Source of the DNA: Octopus sinensis
Lineage: Eukaryota
Reading direction: 5' to 3'
NCBI RefSeq assembly: GCF_006345805.1
Contig: NC_043015.1
Span: forward strand, 35,712,001 to 35,776,000
DNA: 64,000 bases
The notes beneath the pieces are model-generated. The model saw only the letters and a program-made list of their open reading frames with translations. It ran no database searches and was not told where the DNA came from. Shown here in pieces: positions 56,800 through 64,000 of the stretch. The translations under genes were made by a program, and so were the position numbers. How positions within the stretch are numbered: the first letter of the stretch is position 1; the number at the start of each line of letters is the position of its first letter.

Positions 56800-57470
56800 G
56801 TACATGTATACATATACATATATACATGTTAGATACGTACACATTACATATATACACACATATGTACATACACATTTACATACGTACATATACACACTGT
56901 CACGCACGCCAAAATACATATACATAGAGGCATGAATAAATTAACATACCCGGACACCTAAATGGCTATTGTAGCTTTATTTTAGTGAAAAAAAAAATTT
57001 AATTATATTAATGGTTTCTTATAGGAAACAACAATCTCAACAGCAACAACAAGAACAACAACAACAACAACAATAGCAACAACAGTCTTACAAAACAACA
57101 TCGACAACAACAAACAGATTTGAAAATAGAATATACTAAAAGATGTCTTTCAAACAGTTTTATTTTGTTATTTTATTCTTTCTGTCTGAAGAATTAATTC
57201 TTCAACTTTCAATGGAATCTATAATTTCTAAAATTCAAATGATCTTCTTAAAATTAACTTCGTTAATCCGGTCTTAGAAATTTGGAGAAATCTTCTTGTT
57301 ATTCCGATCGATGTGAAGAATATACAATGAAGTGTTGAGTTGAAGAAATACGCAAGCATACATCCAGTGATTAAATACAAGAAATCTATAAATATATGTA
57401 TACATGCATACCTGCATTCATACATACATGAACACATGTATGTATACATTCATGATTACATATACATACA

Positions 57471-57516
<46 letters not shown>

Positions 57517-57749
57517 TATATACATATGTATGATGTAATGCAAATATATTAATATGTATATGTGGTTGTCACCATATTTCTGCGTGTGTATTTCACTATG
57601 CATATATGTATTTATTCGAGTGTGTGTATGAACATATATGTATGTATCCATAATCACAGTGATATATACATTGTTAGACATTGAAATACTGAAAAAATAA
57701 AGATATACGTATAGTGTGGTGTGTGTGTTTTTATATGTATGTGTGTTTG

Positions 57750-57803
<54 letters not shown>

Positions 57804-58264
57804 GTCAGTGCTAGGTATCTGCGCCTCTCAACATTAAGCTTCCCCTTCTTATCACGTCCCTTAGGATGACGTTAATTTACGTGATATTAACAGGAAGCAG
57901 TTACTATTATATACCATATATATATATATTTATATATACTTATGTTTGTATAGGTACATAGATACAGAGTATAAGCCCTCTGATGAAACACATATTTCTA
58001 ATCTCATGTCTCTCCTAAGGTGTTTGTGTTACGGTTGTATTTGCTTCTTAGAAAAGTCGTGAGGTTCGTTCAGTGCGTTGCGGCATTGGTAGAACTTCCG
58101 AGTTAAAATAAGGTGAAATTGCATTTTCCAATCCGATGTATTGAAATTCATAGTTTTCTATGTCGGCATTCGCTAGCCTTTTCTCTCTCTCTCACATACA
58201 CATGCACGCACTCACGCACACTCAAACACACACGCATATATATATATATATATATAATATATAT

Positions 58265-58293
<29 letters not shown>

Positions 58294-58295
<2 letters not shown>

Positions 58296-58494
58296 TTATT
58301 ATATAGAAGGAGCTTCTACAGGACTAGAACTGTTTCATTCAAGAGAAATCTTCAGGAAGCTTCCTGAAGATTTCTCTTGAATGAAACAGTTCTAGTCCTG
58401 TAGAAGCTCCTTCTATATAATAAATTAATTTTACTCTACTATGTATTGAGTACCTTATTTACTGTGGTTAACCCCGAATCAACCCGGGACCTAC
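58294..58494 (+). mobile_element. Short element with 132-bp perfect palindromic head, copy A
   Basis: 58294-58425 is a perfect inverted repeat centred on aagctt. The unique tail ends cccgggacctac. (TA)n on both sides. Confidence 0.85.
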
Positions 58495-58516
58495 ATATAT
58501 ATATATATATATATAT

Positions 58517-58726
58517 GAAAAAACAAGTCAAGATAGAAAATGGTAAAATAATTTTATAAAGAACATTTCAGTACCGGTTTCGGTAATTTGAGACCTTTTC
58601 AACTGTAACAATTAAATAATTAAATTTAGAAAAATTAAAAGAAAAGTTTTTTTAAAAGAATATTTGTATAGTGTTCATATATAAGTGGAATTTTCCTTGT
58701 TTCTACCTTTCTCTGTCTCTCTTGTT
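58517..58726 (-). mobile_element. Solo pseudo-LTR fragment of the 32457/34199 Penelope family
   Basis: Aligns to 32457-32660 and includes the U3-A8 hammerhead. Confidence 0.85.
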
Positions 58727-59635
58727 CAGCAAGAGATACAGAATCCCAGCGATGTTGCACACCTGCTGCAGGAGTTGGAATCAATTTACAGATGGGCTGA
58801 GGATAATAATATGCAGTTTAATTCTGAAAAATTCCAGGCCCTGCGCTACCAGAGTCTAAAACTGAATATGAAACTTACAGAGTACACTGATTCACAGGGA
58901 ATTTCAATTTCAGAGCCTAAGTCAGTGAGGGACAAAGTGCAGACAAAGTGCAGACGACTGAAAGAATGGATCCTGAGAACATTCAGAAGCAGAGATGAGG
59001 AAATCATGATGATCCTCTGGCGGATATTCGTCCTCAGCCGCCTGGATTACTTCTCCCAGCTATGGTCACCCACCAGTGTAAAATTAACAGCGGACCTTGA
59101 AGCAATCCAGAGATGATTCACAAAGAAGATCATCTTTTTGCAACAGCTCAGCTATTAAGAAAGGTTGAAACTGTTAAGTCTCTACTCCTTGGAGAGAAGA
59201 CAGGAAAGGTATGCAGTAATATATATCTGGAAGATCTTGAAAGGAATTGTGCCAAATTTTGGCATTGAAAGCTACACCAATGCCAAAACGAGACGACACT
59301 GCATAATGCAAAAAATCCCAGCAATGCCATCACGCTTCAGGACCAGCTTCTGCAACAGCCTGGGTTTCAGGGGCCCACAGCTTTTTAATATTCTCCCGAA
59401 CAGCCTGAGAAACCTGCACAAAGTAAATGCAGGTGTTTTAAATGAAAGCTGGACCTTTTTCTGTCGAGAGCCCCAGATGAAACTTCCTCACGGCAAGAGG
59501 TGCAAATGAGGGTAGCAACATCAAACTCCATTATTCACCAAGTGCCATATATTGGAGGAGGCTCTCAGTAATAACAGTGAAGCAAAACGGTGGTGCATCA
59601 GGATGGCCGCAGCTATGAGCCTGAAACTACAGAAA
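58727..59635 (+). mobile_element. 5'-truncated CR1/L2-group LINE (RT C-terminus and 3' end)
   Basis: LESIYRWAEDNNMQFNSEKFQALRY...WILRTFRSR...VLSRLDYFSQLWSP...LEAIQR / RLKLLSLYSLERRQERYAVIYIWKILKGIVPN...GPQLFNILP. Confidence 0.9.
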
Positions 59636-59765
59636 AAGAACACACTCATACACACACACACACACAGACACACACACACACACAGACAGACACACACATA
59701 CATACATATATATATATATATATATTATGTATATATATATATATATATTATATATATATATATAT

Positions 59766-59938
59766 ATTTATTTTATAGAAGGAGCTTCTACAGGACTAGA
59801 ACTGTTTCATTCAAATGATTTCATTTGAATGAAACAGCTCTAGTCCTGTAGAAGCTCCTTCTATAAAATAAATTAATTTACTCTACTATGTATTGAGTAC
59901 CTTATTTACTGTGGTTAACCCCGACTCAACCCGGGACC

Positions 59939-59941
<3 letters not shown>
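59766..59941 (+). mobile_element. Short element with 108-bp palindromic head, copy B
   Basis: 59766-59873 is an inverted repeat with one arm mismatch and a central TT. The tail is nearly identical to copy A. Confidence 0.85.
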
Positions 59942-60014
<73 letters not shown>

Positions 60015-60057
60015 AACATATATATATACAAACATATATATATATATATATATATAT

Positions 60058-60260
60058 TACGGAGATGTACTCGCATAGCAAGTAATTTGATCTGAGATCG
60101 TGTGCTGAAACGAAAACAATTGCAGCGTGGAAGGTGTTTGTAAGCCATTTAAGAAACACAGAAAAGCCGTTCGATTCACTTCAACATTTAAGTTTAACTT
60201 GTCAAAATATTTTCATCGCTAAAATCCGCGACCTGTTCACTGACAAAAATCCGTGCTGCA
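60058..60260 (-). mobile_element. ~200 bp element with G3-C8 hammerhead variant (60199-60246)
   Basis: Minus strand TTGTCA-GTGAACA-G-GTCGC ggatttta GCGAT-GAA-AATATT-T-TGACAA. A 45-bp fragment of the same element lies at 29466-29510. Confidence 0.65.
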
Positions 60261-60289
60261 TACATACATATATATACAAACATATATAA

Positions 60290-60389
<100 letters not shown>

Positions 60390-60778
60390 CATATGTACAT
60401 ATGTACATATGGGAATCGAAGTCTCTGCCACGCGATCATGAGTCTGTCGTTCTCCCGACATATATATAGAAGTACGTTATAGTTTGCCGGAATAGTCAGT
60501 GTCCACAGTATGGTATATTATATTGGTTTATCTGCTCAATTGCCCACTATTCTTATTTGGACTGTCTCAAGTTACTCGGAGGCTAATAGATGAGAGGCAT
60601 AGCAGCAGATGTGTGATGCTGGAATTACTGAATGGCAGCAGTCAATGGTTTTGTGGTAGTAATGACTACAGTGGGGGAAGTTGGTGGAATTCGAGATGTG
60701 CGGGCGGCAAGAGTGAATTGGCCGTGAGCGGGGTGAAAACAAATGCAGACGTAATACTCATTAAGAAAGATAACTCAC

Positions 60779-60870
60779 CTCAAGTACCGTCGGCTGTGAA
60801 CCTTATCCGGTTTATATTAAACCTAAATAGAGTTGTGAGCTGTCTTGTACATATTGTTGTGTGTTTGTGT
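60779..60870 (-). other. Candidate non-coding or first exon ending in a consensus donor
   Basis: Minus strand ...cggtacttgAG|GTGAGT with intron GT at 60778-60777, in unique non-repeat sequence. The upstream boundary is unknown. Confidence 0.25.
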
Positions 60871-61189
60871 ACGATACAGGGATGGTTGTGTGAAAGTTTG
60901 TGCAATTAAGTATGCATATGTGTGTTAAATATTTGACACTTGTAAAAGATATAAACAGTGAGTTTTAATTATGAGATATAGCCATGGAGTACGTCTTTTA
61001 TTTTATACAATATACTATATTTCTGTCATATTGGCTTAAACAGTTCAAATGTGTTCTGGACACTATAGTAATCGTAGAGCAATTCCAATATTTACCCTTT
61101 GAAATGCACAGTAAGGGCTAGGTAGTGGTTGCGGGGTTATTCCTGATTTTGTCAGATACTATCGTAGAAGTAAGGTAAAATGAATGCTT

Positions 61190-61520
61190 CCGCTCAGTTT
61201 TATGAGTGAATGCACGAAGGTCGCTAAAAATTCTTTGTGGAGCAGATAATTTTATTAAACGGCGGGACAGCAAAAAAGCTAACCATAACTATTGTATCAA
61301 ATTCCTCGTGGTTTCTGTCAACCATATTTCACTTCCAAAGGTCTGGTCGCAGCGAGCTTTAAGCAGCATCGTTAGAACACAAGACTAAATGTGTAGAAGA
61401 AATTCTACCCAAGTCGACTTTACCTTTCACCCTTCCAAGGTATAATAAAATAAATATCATCCCTGGGGTCGTTGATATCGATTTATTTCCTTACATAAAA
61501 TTGATGGCTTGTGCCAAAAT
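61190..61520 (+). mobile_element. SINE, family of 2290-2545
   Basis: gtcgactttacctttcaccc...ggggtcgttgatatcgatt...cttgtgccaaaatttgaaacc body and tail. Confidence 0.55.
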
Positions 61521-62107
61521 TTGAAACCATTGTAATTTATTGTGTTTGCTGAATAAGGGAAACATTGATTTGGTTTGATCACGTGACCGAACTCTCTGTA
61601 AGTAGTCCTTATAAACGATAAAACATCGCATCTTATACTTGAGAATTTGTACTCACTTTTCTACATTGGCATCTCAATGACTCCCTGCATTTGAGTTTTC
61701 TCGTCATATATTGCTTCTTCAGTCTATGAAATAATTATTTGTACTGTTCTTTAGTCAAGAGAATCGATTATATCCTATTCTATACAGAACAGAAATCAAT
61801 ACCGATTATTGGTTGCAGGCTCTATGTCCTAAATTTGTTTCAAATCGCATATTTTACATTAATGGATTCAAGGTTAAATCTCTTACAAATTGTCATAAAA
61901 AAGAAATTTTGCACTAAAGTTGCTGTTTGTTCGAAGTCCTATTCTTCATGTCCTCCCCTTCTTTCTCATCCTCCTCACTCATTCCTCCCTCTCATCTGTC
62001 ACTGTGATTCCTTCCGTCTCATCTTATGATTGTGTATATATATCGTTCTTTTATTCATTGTCTGCCACCTAGCCTTGTGTGTGTCATTACCTTTCGTCCT
62101 TTAAGTA

Positions 62108-62140
<33 letters not shown>

Positions 62141-63446
62141 TTGTATCTCTTTTTGACTCTCTCCCCCCTTCTCTCTTTACGATTTTAGGTCTGATTGGAG
62201 GAACCAACCAACATTTATATCGAATATTAATTATTGTATAGAGAGATAAATGAATATTAAAATATAAACCCTGAATAATCCACAACTGCATCATACATGT
62301 GTCCTCTTTAAGATTTGTATATCTTTACAACACACTGAGTAAACATTTAAAACACATATTTAAATGCGATGCATATTTACATTAAAGCTCGGTTACTTCA
62401 TTAATGCCGTATCACGTACAAAACGCATCTCTATTCAAGATTACAGTTAAAGCAAATGTCTTTTTAATGTTTGTCCTTTGAGATTCTATGAATATGTGTT
62501 CGCCGTAGATTACTGTGCTCGTTTAGACTGTAACTAAACGAAGTCTTTCTGTTTTCCATTGGATGTGTGTAAACTGTATCAACCAACAAGCCAGGCAGCT
62601 GACCAACCTACCATCCAAGAAACCGACCAACGAACGAACCAACAATTCAACCAACCAACCAACCAACCAACCAACAATTCAACCAACCAACCAACCAACC
62701 AACCAAACAAATATGACGGTACGGAGTTAAGTACCAAATCATGGTTATGTAATTAATTTTAAAATTGATGTTATTGAAAAACCTAGCATTGAATAGCGAA
62801 CGAATGGGTGTGCGTGTATGTATGTGTGTGTATGTGTAGATGTAGTTCTATGAGGAAAGGGAGTTGAAAGAATTAAAAGAATGTGTGAAAATTATTTGAG
62901 AATGAATGCGATTCCTGTGGGGTAAAAAGAAAGAATACAAATGTCTCAGGCATTGACACCGTTTTTCTTGTTTTCTGTTTTGAAGATCGAGAAGGGAGAT
63001 AACAAAACATATTTAAACAAAGCTCTGTAGCAAATATAAAAAGAGACGAATATTAAACAACAAAGTTTCTTCATTATTAGAAGATCGCATAATGGAAAAA
63101 AATAATTAAAAGAAAAATAAAGACCCGAGACATAAAAGTGTATGAAATATTCTAGAAAATATGAAACAAAATAAGAAATAAAGTAAAATGAACTAGACAA
63201 TACATTTTATTGTATTGAAATGCAATAACACAGATATATTTCGCTCAGTTTCCGTAAGCGAAATCCCAATCAAATTTTCCCTGGGTTCCGGTGTATTTAG
63301 CAAATTATTTTGTTGCTAATCTTCAATTTATTATTAATTTCCTTTCGCATAATCTTTTAAACCTCAAACGTTGAAGATCAATACTAAGATTTAATCCGAC
63401 TGGTGTGTTGAATGTCAATGAGTTGTGTACTTTCTGTTCGTATGCA

Positions 63447-63447
<1 letters not shown>

Positions 63448-63529
<82 letters not shown>

Positions 63530-63562
63530 AATAAAGATAATAATAATAATAATAATAATATG

Positions 63563-63661
<99 letters not shown>

Positions 63662-63716
63662 AATAAAGATAATAATAATAATAATAATAATAATGATAAT
63701 AATAATAATAATAATA

Positions 63717-63747
<31 letters not shown>

Positions 63748-63755
63748 AATAATAG
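63448..63755. repeat. (AAT)n microsatellite with internal duplication
   Basis: Direct inspection. The variant block aatgataatgataataataaagat occurs twice, at ~63515 and ~63648. Confidence 0.95.
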
Positions 63756-64000
63756 TGATTACTGATATCTTATTTAATTATTTTAATAATCTCGAGATGT
63801 TTTATTTTAGTTTCAAATTATATTTTTAATTATGATGTCTGTCTGCTAATAATTAGGTTTATCACATGGAGCAAAGTTGCGTTTGATTATGTGGAAGTTT
63901 AAAGAATACATAAAATAAAAGGCAAAAAAACTAAATTAAAAATCTCACAAAACAAATGCAATGGAAATCTTAAGTGAGAAAAAATAAACTAACGAGGAAA

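Noticed and set aside
57970-58030. CTGATGA-AACAC...GTGTT hammerhead-like half
   Set aside because: No GAAA or stem III follows, so the motif is incomplete.

Overview
AT-rich, microsatellite-dense eukaryotic DNA. The SINE, Penelope, mariner and CR1/RTE repeat spectrum suggests a cephalopod such as Octopus (inference). No host protein-coding gene is recognisable with confidence, and almost all ORFs in the supplied track are microsatellite artefacts. The window contains decayed mobile elements: mariner DD34D and DD37D/maT remnants, a Merlin-like MITE, a hAT MITE, CR1/L2- and RTE-type LINE fragments, several SINEs and a tRNA-His pseudogene. It also holds an unusually rich set of Penelope-like elements (PLEs): a ~5 kb Naiad-type RT + GIY-YIG copy, a 3' fragment with an inverted pseudo-LTR, and many short termini inserted in (TA)n tracts. 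The most interesting signal is at least 10 minimal type-I hammerhead ribozyme motifs from several families. They have self-complementary stem III sequences and natural covariation of the 3-8 core pair (C-G, U-A, G-C). Two fold-back palindromes of one short element, with different turning points, are also present.
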